Below are positions 1 through 10,492 of a DNA stretch of 64,000 nt, piece after piece. The notes beneath the pieces were generated by a model that made no database searches, was not told where the DNA came from, and was given only the letters and a program-made list of their open reading frames with translations. The stretch is from contig FR898645.1 of NCBI GenBank assembly GCA_000437215.1, positions 9,979-73,978 on the forward strand, in the 5' to 3' direction. This stretch comes from Clostridium sp. CAG:440 (GTDB taxonomy: Bacteria > Bacillota > Clostridia > TANB77 > CAG-508). The stretch's first letter is position 1. Each line of letters opens with the position of its first letter. Both the position numbers and the translations under genes were made by a program.

Positions 1-1488
1 CTAATTTAATATATAGAAGAAATGATACATGGAATTTTTTATTTTTTTCACTATTTTGCATTCTAATATATAATCCATATTTAATAACAAATATAGGATT
101 GCAATATTCATATATAGCAACAATTGGCATAATTATATTTAATAAACATATATTAAAAATTTTAAACAAAAGAAGCAATAAACTAAAAAAGATAAAAGAA
201 AGTATATCTGTTTTAATTTCTGCACAAATAGCATTGTTTCCTTTAATTATATTTCATACTAATAAATTTGGAATATATTTTATTATAACAAATTTAATTG
301 TAGGATTTATAATAGGTCCAATAATTATTTTAGGTTTTATATTTTTAATAGTTTCAATATTAAATTTTTATTTTTCAAAATTTTTATCACCAGTTGTAAA
401 TTTTTTAATTAAAACAATATTATTTTTTTCTGGCATAGGTAAATTTCCATTAGCAAAAATATATGTTAAAACCCCTTCTATATGGGAGATAATGATTTAT
501 TATATTTTTGTTTTTATAATAAGTTTTTTATATAAAGTAAAAAATGATAAAACACCCAATAATTCTTTTCTAAGAGTTAGGTGGATTTTAGCTTACATTA
601 AATATAAGTATAAAATAAAAAAAATTTTAACCATTTATTTGATAACAAGTATAGTATTAACTTCTGCATTTGTTTTTGTTAATCCAAGAAAATTAGAAAT
701 AAATATTGTTGATGTATCACAAGGGGATGCTTGTTTTATAATAACTCCGCAAAATAAAACAATACTAATAGATGGTGGAGGAAGTAAAGGGGAAAGCTTT
801 GATGTTGGAAAAAGTACATTGTTACCTTATATATTAGATAAAGGCTATACCAGTATAGACTATATATTTATAAGCCATTTTGATAGTGACCATGTGCGGA
901 GGAATTTTATATATTATGGAAGAAATATTAGTTAAAAATATGGTTATAGGTAAACAGTATGAGATGTGTGAAAACTATAAAAAATTTATCAAAATTAGTA
1001 AAGAAAAAAATATAAATATAAAAGTTGTAGAGAAAGGACAAATGATAAATATAGAAAATAATTTGACCTTTAATATACTTTGGCCGTGTTCACAAAATAT
1101 TGTAAATAAAAACATAATAAACAATAATTCTATGGTATGTAAATTAGTTTATAATAAATTTTCTATGTTGTTTACAGGAGATATAGAAGAGGTAGCAGAA
1201 AATGAAATATTAAGTAAATACAATAATTTTAAATTATTAAAATCTACCATTTTAAAGGTGGCACATCATGGTTCAAAGACATCATCTACACAGAATTTTT
1301 TAAATGCAGTAAAACCCCAATATGCAGTAATAGGTGTGGGAAAGAACAATAAATTTGGACATCCATCAGATATTACAATAAATAATTTAAAACAGAATAA
1401 TATTTCTATTTATAGAACAGACCAAAAAGGTGAAATAACTATAAAAACAGATGGGAAAAATGTTAATATAACATCACAAATAGAATAA
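1..1488 (+). CDS. comEC: ComEC/Rec2 DNA-uptake channel, C-terminal membrane and metallo-beta-lactamase part (5' end outside window). The frame is broken once at in-frame CGG 897-899.
   Basis: Frame 3 is open from base 3 (NDTWNFLFFSLFCILIYNPYL). MBL motifs are VDVSQGDACFIITP..ILIDGGG, ISHFDSDHV then GGILYIMEE, and VAHHGSKTSS. ORFs 99..935 and 880..1488 join if C897 is skipped. Confidence 0.85.
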
Positions 1489-1543
1489 AAACCAAAATTT
1501 AGTAAATAATAATATAAATCTAAGTATTAAATGGAGGTTTTAT

Positions 1544-2156
1544 ATGCATAATTTTAATAAGGTAATAATACGGTTTAGTTTCAATTGCAGTTATAATAGC
1601 TGCTATTTTAACTGCTATAATGGTTAATAAAAAAGATAATAAAGAGGTAAATGAGAAAGTTCAAACTAAAGTTTCAGATGAACAAATTTTAGATGAATGT
1701 ACTGATGAATATGAACAGTTACAAAGTATAGCATCTGTAAAAACAAATGCAAAAGAAGAAAAAATATCACCTAATTGTAGAATAACATTAAAGAAGTATT
1801 ATAAAGGCTGTGAAGATGAAATAAATGAATATATAGAAGTGCCTAAAGAGTTAGTAAATAAGACAAAAGAAGATCTACAAAATTATTATAAAGATTATGA
1901 AATAAAAAGCTTTGATGAAACTCAAATAACTTTATATAAACAGTTAGATGGGGAGTGTGGAAAACATTATTTATTAAAAGATGATAATGGAACTATAACA
2001 ATATACAAAATTCTAGAGGATGGAACACAAGAAGTATATGAAAAAACAGAAATATCAACTACGTATTTGCCACAAACAGATAATATAGGTATAAAACAGG
2101 GAATAAGAGTTAATGGGGATGAGGCATTAAACGAACTTATAGAAAATTTCGAATAA
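1544..2156 (+). CDS. Membrane-anchored sporulation-type protein with a possible BofC-like C-terminal domain. The frame is broken at in-frame CGG 1571-1573.
   Basis: GGAGG lies 8 nt before ATG 1544 (MHNFNKVII). The +1 frame continues GLVSIAVIIAAILTAIMVNKK, a TM anchor, into ORF 1620..2156. The tail ECGKHYLLKDDNGTITIYK..GIRVNGDEALNELIENF resembles BofC_C from memory only. Confidence 0.45.
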
Positions 2157-2164
2157 AAAATAAA

Positions 2165-2195
2165 AGAGGGACATTGTAAAAAAGTCCCTTTTCTT
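2165..2195. terminator. Hairpin between convergent genes
   Basis: AGGGAC (2167-2172) pairs with GTCCCT (2184-2189), followed by a T-rich run. It lies between the BofC-like gene and pgsA. Confidence 0.5.
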
Positions 2196-2207
2196 CATTT
2201 TTATTTA

Positions 2208-2789
2208 TTAATTTTTTTTATCTATTGTTACATCTTTTTTTAAATCTTTTTTATCTATAAATCCTTTATGATATAAAGACCATACATACATTATTAGAGA
2301 AAATACAGTTGCTACTAATGCTAAGCTATATGCAATTAAATCTATATGCTCAAATGCTCCTGTAATATTAAATTGTCTAAGCACTAAAGAAAGAACTATT
2401 GCAAGGTAAAACAATACTGTTGCAAGTTTACCATACCATCTGCTATAAACAACAACATCTTTTCCGTACAAAAATGATGCTCCTACAATCATTATAAATT
2501 CTTTAATTAAAACAATAATTAGAATCCAAATAGGTATTATATGAATAATAGCAAGAGAGGCAAGAGTAGAAATTTGGGTTAATTTATCTGCAAGCGGATC
2601 CATTAATTTTCCAAAATTAGATACAAGATTAAATTTTCTTGCTATAAAGCCATCTGCTATGTCTGTTATTCCTGATATTGTAAATATAATAAATGCTGCA
2701 ATAAAATTTCCATTAAATATACAAGCTACAATAAATGGAATAAGCAAAAATCTAATTATTGTTAGGGTATTTGGTACATGTTTTAACAT
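2208..2789 (-). CDS. pgsA: CDP-diacylglycerol--glycerol-3-phosphate 3-phosphatidyltransferase
   Basis: CDP-alcohol phosphatidyltransferase motif DGFIARKFNLVSNFGKLMDPLADKL. GGAGG precedes ATG 2789 (MLKHVPNTLTIIRF). Confidence 0.85.
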   Translation of the reverse strand: MLKHVPNTLTIIRFLLIPFIVACIFNGNFIAAFIIFTISGITDIADGFIARKFNLVSNFGKLMDPLADKLTQISTLASLAIIHIIPIWILIIVLIKEFIMIVGASFLYGKDVVVYSRWYGKLATVLFYLAIVLSLVLRQFNITGAFEHIDLIAYSLALVATVFSLIMYVWSLYHKGFIDKKDLKKDVTIDKKN

Positions 2790-2799
2790 AATTCCTCCA

Positions 2800-5164
2800 T
2801 TAATTAATATCAAATTTTAGTTCATTATCTACAAAATTAACATTAACATTTTGTCCGTCAATAATTTCACCTTTTAAAATACGTTCAGATATTTCATCTT
2901 CAAGGTATCTTTGTATAGCTCTTCTTAAAGGTCTTGCACCAAATTTGATATTTGTTCCTTTTTCTAGTAAGTATTTTTTTGCATCATTTGAGATATGCAT
3001 TGTAATATCTTTGTCTTTTAGAGCTTTTATTGTATCATTAAGCATTAAGTCAACAATTTGCAATAATTCATTTTGGGTTAATGAGTCAAATACAACAACT
3101 TCATCTACTCTGTTTAAAAATTCTGGTCTAAATACTTCTTTTAAACTATCTTCAATTTTTCCTTTGTCAACTGTTTGTTTTCCAAAACCAATTGAATTAT
3201 TATTTAAATTAGAACCAGCATTTGATGTCATAATAATTATAGTATTTGAGAAACTTACTGTATTTCCTTGAGAGTCTGTAAGTTTTCCGTCATCTAAAAC
3301 TTGAAGTAAAATATTAAATACATCTGGATGTGCTTTTTCAATTTCATCAAAAAGTATAATAGAATAAGGTTTCCTTTTTACTTTATCTGTTAATTGACCA
3401 GCATCATCATAGCCAACATAACCTGGAGGTGCACCTATTAATTTTGATGTAGAGTGGCTTTCCATGTATTCAGACATATCAACTCTAATTATAGAATCTT
3501 CAGAGCCGAACATTTCATATGCTAATGATTTTGCAAGTTCAGTTTTACCAACACCTGTAGGTCCAACAAAAATAAATGATGGTGGCCTTTTGGTACTTTG
3601 AAGTCCTGCACGATTTCTTCTAATTGCACGAGAGACAGCATTTACGGCTTCTTCTTGGCCAATAACTCTTTTATGAAGATTTGTTTCTAAATTTAAAAGT
3701 TTTTGTGTTTCAGCTTCTGTTATTTTTTTAACTGGAATTTTTGTCCAACTTTCAATAACTGAGGCTATATCTTGAACAGTTATACTTTTTAATTTCATTT
3801 TGCTATTCATTTTATCTATTTTTTCTATTAATTGACATTCTTTTGTTTTTAAATCTGCTGCTTTTTGATAATCTTCTGTAGAGTCTGCAGCAATAACTTC
3901 TTCTTTTTGAGCTTGAATATTTTTTAATTCTTGTTTTAATATTTCTAATTTAAATAAATCTTTGTTTTCTAAATTTTTTCTAGAACATGCTTCGTCTAAA
4001 ATATCAATTGCTTTATCTGGTAAGAATCTATCATGAATATATTTTTCTGACATTATAACTGTTTGCTTAATAACATCAGATGAAATTTTTACTTTATGGT
4101 ATTCTTCATAATATTTTTTTATTCCTTCCAAAATTACAATAGAATCTTCTATATTTGGTTCTTCTACTAATACTTGTTGGAAACGTCTTTCTAATGCTGT
4201 ATCTTTTTCAATATATTTTCTGTATTCTTTAAGAGTAGTTGTTCCAATTAACTGTATTTCTCCATTTGAAAGGGAAGGTTTTAAAATATTTGCGGCATTC
4301 ATAGAATGTTCGCCATCTCCAGCACCAATTATATTATGAATTTCATCTATAACTAAAATAATGTTACCATATTCTTTACATTCATCAATAATTCCTTTCA
4401 TTCTTGACTCAAATTGTCCTCTAAATTGTGTTCCAGCAATTACTGCTGTCATATCTAATAAATAAACTTCTTTGTTTAAAAGCTTAGCTGGAACATTTTG
4501 GTTTGCAATTTTAATTGCTAAGCCTTGGGCAATTGCAGTTTTACCAACTCCTGGTTCACCAATTAAACATGGATTATTTTTTGAACGTCTATTTAAAATT
4601 TGTATAATTCTTTGTATTTCTTTATCTCTGCCAATTACAATATCTAATTCGTTGTTTTTGGCTTTTTGAGTTAAGTTAGTGCCATAAGTATCTAAATATT
4701 TTTTCTTTTTTGATTGTTTGTTGTTTTTCTTTTTTTCTACTTTTACTTTTTTTCTGCCAGTGTTATCAGAAGAAGTTTCACTTCCGATTAGATCCAAACA
4801 TATTTGAAAATATTGAACCAAGTGGAATAGCGGCTCCTGCAATTTTTGGAGCATCTTCATCATCACTATCTTCGTCTTGAGTATTAAATGTAATTGCACC
4901 ATCCATATTTTCAATATCTTCTAAATTTATATTTTCTGCTAAATCTTTAAAAACTGTTTCTAATTGTTTTGACATATCATTTAAATTAATTTTATCTTTA
5001 TTTAGTAAATCACTTTGTTTTGATAATACATCTAATGGATTAATGCCTTTTTTCTTAGCACAGTCATAGCATAACCCTTCCATGGTTTCTTTGCCATTTT
5101 CTACTTTATTATAAAAAAGTATAGCTGCATTTTTTTTGCATTCTGAACATAACATACTTTTCAT
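2800..5164 (-). CDS. ClpA/ClpB/ClpC-family double-AAA+ ATPase with an N-terminal CxxC..CxxC zinc ribbon. The frame is broken at in-frame CGG 4786-4784.
   Basis: Two Walker A motifs, GEPGVGKTAIAQGLA and GPTGVGKTELAKSLA, with a coiled-coil middle region. The N-terminus is MKSMLCSECKK..LCYDCAKKKG. ORFs 4778..5164 and 2800..4914 join as ..SNMFGSN then GSETSSDNTGRKK. Confidence 0.85.
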
Positions 5165-5298
5165 TCCTCATTTCTTAAAATATCAATATATATAATAACT
5201 CAAAATTAAGTAATAGTCAATAAATTTAATAAATAACTATTGAAAAAGAATAGGGCAAATGCTATAATAAATATAGTACGAAAGAAAGAGGTAATAAA

Positions 5299-6141
5299 AT
5301 GAATGTAACTTTGCCAGATAATAAATTAGATAAAAAATCTAAAATTGTATATGCATCAATAATTGCCATATGTATAATATCGATAATTATTGTAATATAT
5401 ATACAATTTTTTGATGGAAAAACGGTTACAACTGTTGGTTATTTAAAGGGAAAAAGTGAAATTGACTACGAAAATTTAAAAGCAGAATTTAACAATATAT
5501 ATACAAATTCACTAAAAAATTATAATGATAAATATGATAAATTAAAGTCTGACACAAGTAAAGAACTAGTATATACAGGTTACACAAAAGACGTAACTGA
5601 AAATAATAGTTATAATATAAATGTACAAATACCATATATAAACATAAAAAATTCAACTATAGATGGTTATAATGAAGAAATAAAAAATTTATTTGAAAAA
5701 AAGGCAGAAGATATATTAAAAACTAAAAATAAAAATACAATTTATACAGTAGAATACAATGCATGTGTAGAAGATGGAGTATTATCAATAATAATAAATG
5801 CAAATTTAAAAGAAGGTTCAAGTGCACAAAGGGTAATAATAAAAACATATAACTATGACTTAGATACAAATCAGGAAATTAACTTATCGCAATTATTAAA
5901 GGGTGAAAGTGTAGATACATCTTATGCACAAAGTAAAATAAATGAAGAAATAGAAGTTGAGCAAAAAAAAGCAGAAGATTTAAAAGCATTAGGTCATAGC
6001 ATATTTAGTAGAGATAAAAATGATGATATGTACAAAATAGAAAATGTAGAAGATTTTTATTTCCAAGATGGTGCAATATATGTAATATTTGCTTATGGAA
6101 ATGACAAATATACAAGTGAAGTTGATGTTGCAATTATATAA
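5299..6141 (+). CDS. Membrane-anchored hypothetical protein (single N-terminal TM; possibly a DUF4163/DUF3298-like extracellular domain)
   Basis: 280-aa ORF with RBS AAGAGG, a TM segment IVYASIIAICIISIIIVIYIQFF, and a terminator downstream. The domain guess is weak. Confidence 0.5.
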   Translation: MNVTLPDNKLDKKSKIVYASIIAICIISIIIVIYIQFFDGKTVTTVGYLKGKSEIDYENLKAEFNNIYTNSLKNYNDKYDKLKSDTSKELVYTGYTKDVTENNSYNINVQIPYINIKNSTIDGYNEEIKNLFEKKAEDILKTKNKNTIYTVEYNACVEDGVLSIIINANLKEGSSAQRVIIKTYNYDLDTNQEINLSQLLKGESVDTSYAQSKINEEIEVEQKKAEDLKALGHSIFSRDKNDDMYKIENVEDFYFQDGAIYVIFAYGNDKYTSEVDVAII

Positions 6142-6147
6142 TAAATA

Positions 6148-6182
6148 AAAAAGCTAGTAGATTTTATCTACTAGCTTTTGAA
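6148..6182. terminator. Rho-independent terminator, usable from both strands
   Basis: AAAGCTAGTAG-loop-CTACTAGCTTT with flanking A and T runs. Confidence 0.65.
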
Positions 6183-6283
6183 AATAAAAGGGGATGTTTT
6201 CTTTTTCTAATCAGTTTCTTTCCTGACTATGGTTATATAATACTAATAAATTTTGTCCATTGTGTGAACTAAAAGTGAAAACT

Positions 6284-7540
6284 TTAAGGTTGTTCTCCAA
6301 GAGTAAGTGTTAATTCTTCTGTTTTATTATTTCTGTTAACTTTTATTTTTAATTCATCTCCAATTTTATGAGAATTTTTAATTTCATTTAATTCATTCAT
6401 TGAAGTGATTTTTTTACCATCTGCTTCAACTATTACATCTCCAACCTTAACTCCTGCTTTTTCAGCGGCTGAAAAGTCTTCAATTGATTTTACATATACA
6501 CCAACAACTAAGTTGTATACTTTGGCTGTTTTTTCATCTAAATCAACACCAGAAATACCTATATAAGGTCTTTTTACTTTACTGTATTGAATTAATTGTG
6601 AAGTTATGTCTGTTGTAGAATTTATTGGTATTGCAAATCCCATACCTTCAATTCCTGTACCAGAAAGTTTTAATGTATTTATTCCTATAACTTTACCTTC
6701 ACCATTAACTAAAGCTCCACCGCTATTACCAGAATTTATTGCAGCGTCTGTTTGGATTAATGTGAATTTTTTACCATCTGAATCTGTAACTTCTCTGTTT
6801 ACAGCACTTACAACACCACATGTTATACTACTTTGCATTCCTAAAGGATTTCCAACGGCCATTGCAAATTCACCAACCTTTATTGAGTCAGAATCTGCAA
6901 ATTCTGCTTTTGAAAGACCAGTTTTTTCTATTTTTATAACAGCTAAGTCTGTTTGTTCATCTTTTCCAACTATTTTTGCTTCATATTCTGTATCATCATT
7001 ATATAATGTTACAGTTACTTTGTTTGCATCAGATACTTGGTAATAAGATTCAGAAGATGATGTTGCAACAATGTGATTGTTTGTTAAAATGTAACCATCA
7101 TCACTAATTATTATTCCAGAACCAGATGCTGATGCTTCAGACTTTGCAGTTCCCATACCATATATAGAAAAATTAGAACTTACTGTGTATTCTACTTTAA
7201 TTCCAACAATTGATGGTAATATTTTATTTGCAGTATAAACTGCAGTGTCAGAATAATTTGATAATTTTACTTGAGAAACAGTACCATCTGATGATGTAGA
7301 ATTACTAGGAGCTACACTAAAATTAGAACTATTTGTTCCTATTAATTTATATTTTACATCTGGTATTCCAAAACAAACACCAACTACTGCAGCACATCCT
7401 AATACACCACTTATAAATGGTAATACTACAGTTTTACCAAAACCAGATTTATTTTTTAGATTAGATGTTGTTTTATAATTTTCAGGATTTTGTACTGCTT
7501 TAAAATTTGAATTTTTGTTTTCGTTATTTTTTTCTTCCAT
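6284..7540 (-). CDS. htrA: HtrA/DegP-family serine protease with a PDZ domain
   Basis: Contains GNSGGALVN (catalytic Ser), TNNHIV (His) and DLAVIKI (Asp), plus an N-terminal TM and a C-terminal PDZ-like region. Confidence 0.9.
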   Translation of the reverse strand: MEEKNNENKNSNFKAVQNPENYKTTSNLKNKSGFGKTVVLPFISGVLGCAAVVGVCFGIPDVKYKLIGTNSSNFSVAPSNSTSSDGTVSQVKLSNYSDTAVYTANKILPSIVGIKVEYTVSSNFSIYGMGTAKSEASASGSGIIISDDGYILTNNHIVATSSSESYYQVSDANKVTVTLYNDDTEYEAKIVGKDEQTDLAVIKIEKTGLSKAEFADSDSIKVGEFAMAVGNPLGMQSSITCGVVSAVNREVTDSDGKKFTLIQTDAAINSGNSGGALVNGEGKVIGINTLKLSGTGIEGMGFAIPINSTTDITSQLIQYSKVKRPYIGISGVDLDEKTAKVYNLVVGVYVKSIEDFSAAEKAGVKVGDVIVEADGKKITSMNELNEIKNSHKIGDELKIKVNRNNKTEELTLTLGEQP

Positions 7541-7731
7541 ATTAAACCTCCAAAAAAATTTATATTTTTATTATAATATCACAAATCATAAATAAGATAC
7601 AGCACAATTGTGAAAATTGTGTGAAATATTTATTATTTTTTTGTTACAAATTATTTTTAAAAAATTTATTGAAAATAATTAAATGAAACTATATAATGTA
7701 TATAAATTAAAAAGAAAAGGAAGAGAAAAAA

Positions 7732-8222
7732 TGAAAGTAAAAAACAATAAAGGAATAACATTAATTGCACTAACAATTACAATAATTATATTATTAATTT
7801 TAGCATCAATAACAATATATAGTGGGAAAGAAAGTATAAAAAAAGCTCAGTTAGAAAGCTTAAAAACTAATATGCTTTTAATTAAAGCAAAAGCAAAAGA
7901 ATATGTAGAACAAGCAAGTTTTAAAAATGGAGTAAATAAAAGTGAAATTTCAGAAGAGGCAAAAAATGAGCTAAAAGGTAAAGAAGCAAATGCAAGTGAT
8001 TATTCAAAGCAAAATATTACAATAAATGGAGGAGAAATTTTATATAAACTTACTTCAGATAATCTAAAAGAAATGGGATTAAAAGATGTTAAATTAGGAA
8101 GTAATGAAGAATATTTAGTAAAATATAATATAAAAGATGTGACTGTAGAAGTGTATAATACAAGTGGTTATGAAAATAATGGAACTACAGTTTATTCATT
8201 GTCTGAATTAGAAAAAATATAA
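7732..8222 (+). CDS. Prepilin-like protein (class III signal-like N-terminus, Ala at +5)
   Basis: MKVKNNKG/ITLIALTITIIILLILA has the same N-terminal pattern as the pilin at 53687. RBS is AAAGGAAGAG. Confidence 0.6.
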
Positions 8223-8248
8223 AAATAAAATCAAAAGAAGGAATAAAA

Positions 8249-8878
8249 ATGAAAGAAAAAGAACTAGAAAGATTAACAAAATTAAAAGAAATTGAAAAAG
8301 ACTTACACAAAAAAGGATTTAAATATATATGTGGTATAGATGAAGCAGGAAGAGGACCTTTAGCAGGTCCTGTTGTTGTTGCTGGAGCAATAATGCCAGA
8401 AGATTCAATGATAGAAGGGGTAAATGATTCAAAAAAAGTATCAGAGAAAAAAAGAGAAATACTATATGATAAAATAATAGAAGAAGCAATAAGCTATAGT
8501 GTTGCAATAATAGATGAAAAGATAATTGATGAAATAAACATATTAAATGCAACAAAAAAGGGACTAACCCAAGTAGTAGGTGGGCAAAAAGTAAAACCTG
8601 ACATAATAATAGTAGATGCATTAAATAATATAGACACATTAGGAATACCATATACACCAATAATAAAAGGTGATGCTTTAGCATATTCAATTTCTTGTGC
8701 TTCAATAATTGCTAAAGTAACAAGGGACAGAATAATGAGGCAAATGGACGAAATATACCCTGAATATGGATTTGCAGGACATAAAGGATATGGAACAGCA
8801 AAACATATTGCAGCTATTAAAGAATATGGACTATGTAAAATACATAGAAGAAGCTTTACAAAAAACTTTGTTAAATAG
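8249..8878 (+). CDS. rnhB: Ribonuclease HII
   Basis: Contains GIDEAGRGPLAGPVVVA, DSKKVSEKKRE and IIAKVTRDR. Confidence 0.9.
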   Translation: MKEKELERLTKLKEIEKDLHKKGFKYICGIDEAGRGPLAGPVVVAGAIMPEDSMIEGVNDSKKVSEKKREILYDKIIEEAISYSVAIIDEKIIDEINILNATKKGLTQVVGGQKVKPDIIIVDALNNIDTLGIPYTPIIKGDALAYSISCASIIAKVTRDRIMRQMDEIYPEYGFAGHKGYGTAKHIAAIKEYGLCKIHRRSFTKNFVK

Positions 8879-8888
8879 GAGAAAAGTA

Positions 8889-10193
8889 ATGAATATATTG
8901 GATATAATTTCAAACAAAAGAGATAAAAAAGAGTTAACAAAAGAGGAAATAGAATATTTTGTAAAAGGTTATACAAGTGGTGAAATTGCAGACTACCAAG
9001 CTGCAAGTTTAATTATGGCAATATACCTAAATGGAATGACAAAACAAGAAACAACTAATTTAAGCTTTGCAATGGCACATTCTGGTGAAATATTAAACTT
9101 AAGCAGTCTAGGAAAAATAATAGTAGATAAACATTCAACAGGAGGAGTTGGGGACAAGGTATCTATTATTTTGTTACCACTTGTAGCATCACTTGGAATT
9201 CCTGTTGCAAAAATGTCGGGAAGAGGACTTGGATTTACCGGAGGAACAGTAGATAAGTTAGAGTCAATACCAGGTTATAAGACACAAATAGACATTAAAA
9301 CTTTTATAAAAAATGTAAAAGACATAGGAATAAGTATGATAGCACAAACATTAAATTTAGCACCAGCAGATAAAAAATTATATGCTTTAAGAGATGTTAC
9401 ATCTTGTGTAGAAAGCATACCATTAATAGCATCAAGCATAATGAGTAAAAAAATTGCAAGTGGTGCAGATAAAATAGTGCTAGATGTTACATGTGGCGAG
9501 GGAGCATTTATGAAAACAAAAGAAGATGCAAAAAAACTAGCCAAAGAGATGATAGAAATAGGAAAACTTGCAGGAAAAGAAACAAGATGTGTTATAACAA
9601 AAATGGATGAGCCATTAGGGTATAGTGTAGGAAATACTCTAGAGGTAATAGAAGCAATAAATTGTTTAAAGGCAAATATGCCAGAAGATGTAAAACAAGT
9701 AGTATTGGAACTTGGAAATCAAATGATGATACTTTCAAAAATGGGAACAGATGAAGAAAAGAATAAACAAAGATTACTAGAAAATATAGAAAATGGAAAG
9801 GCATACAATAAATTTTTAGAACTTGTAAAAAATCAAGGCGGAGATATTAGCTATATAGAAGATATAAATAAATTCCCAAAAGCAAAATACCAAAAGAAAG
9901 TTATAGCAAATAAGATGGGCTATGTAAATAGTATAAATGCTTTAGAAATAGGAAAACTTGCTTGCTATTTAGGAGCGGGAAGAATTGAAAAAGAAGATAA
10001 TATAGATCATGAAGTTGGAATAGTACTTAATAAAAAAGTAGGAAATAAAGTAGAAAAAGATGATGTATTAGCATATATTTATGCAAATGATAAAGAAAAA
10101 TTAGAAAATGCACAAGAAAAATTAATTGATATAATAAAGATAAATGATTTTATTCAAGAAAAAACAAAAATTGTAGAAGAGGTATTGATTTAG
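8889..10193 (+). CDS. pdp: Pyrimidine-nucleoside phosphorylase
   Basis: Begins MNILDIISNKRDKKELTKEEIEYFVKGY and contains DKHSTGGVGDK, KMSGRGLGFTGGTVDKLESIPG and SIMSKKIA. AGGAG precedes ATG 8889. Confidence 0.9.
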   Translation: MNILDIISNKRDKKELTKEEIEYFVKGYTSGEIADYQAASLIMAIYLNGMTKQETTNLSFAMAHSGEILNLSSLGKIIVDKHSTGGVGDKVSIILLPLVASLGIPVAKMSGRGLGFTGGTVDKLESIPGYKTQIDIKTFIKNVKDIGISMIAQTLNLAPADKKLYALRDVTSCVESIPLIASSIMSKKIASGADKIVLDVTCGEGAFMKTKEDAKKLAKEMIEIGKLAGKETRCVITKMDEPLGYSVGNTLEVIEAINCLKANMPEDVKQVVLELGNQMMILSKMGTDEEKNKQRLLENIENGKAYNKFLELVKNQGGDISYIEDINKFPKAKYQKKVIANKMGYVNSINALEIGKLACYLGAGRIEKEDNIDHEVGIVLNKKVGNKVEKDDVLAYIYANDKEKLENAQEKLIDIIKINDFIQEKTKIVEEVLI

Positions 10194-10329
10194 AATTAAA
10201 GCTATAATTATAACTAAAAAATTAAAGCAATTAGCAAATTTTTCTTAATAATTATTTGTAAAAAAATATTGAAAAATGTAGTTTATATGCTATAATTATA
10301 TAAGATAACAAACGAAAGGATGAATTTTA

Positions 10330-10479
10330 ATGAAAAAAGAAAAAAAACAAAATCAAGTAAAAAAACATAAAAATATGGACAAAGGAACAGTATTTGTTAG
10401 AATAATGGCAGCAATACTTGCAATACTTATGGTAGGGGGAACATCAATATCATTTATATATGCACTAATAAACGGATAA
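10330..10479 (+). CDS. Small membrane protein (49 aa), not in the supplied ORF track
   Basis: ATG 10330 follows AAAGGA. The product MKKEKKQNQVKKHKNMDKGTVFVRIMAAILAILMVGGTSISFIYALING has a basic N-terminus and one TM. It sits directly upstream of cdaA. Confidence 0.4.
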   Translation: MKKEKKQNQVKKHKNMDKGTVFVRIMAAILAILMVGGTSISFIYALING

Positions 10480-10492
10480 AAAGGAGAAAAAT

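Noticed and set aside
99-935. The TTG start at 99 for the first ORF
   Set aside because: The same frame is open back to base 3 and encodes typical ComEC membrane sequence, so the gene simply begins upstream of the window.
5165-5298. A CtsR operator upstream of the Clp ATPase gene
   Set aside because: No tandem GGTCAAA heptads are present. Only a plausible TTGACT-17-TATTAT promoter is visible.
8319-9006. Long antisense ORFs opposite real genes: 8319..8705, 8494..9006, 2945..3271, 6606..7043, 11665..12075, 14328..14705, 20830..21378, 22515..23030, 45669..46046, 53569..54045, 58434..58787 and 63520..63855
   Set aside because: They lie entirely inside well-supported genes on the other strand. 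They have Leu/Phe/Ser/Ile-rich shadow-frame composition, no RBS and no recognisable motifs. Long shadow ORFs of this kind are common in low-GC genomes.
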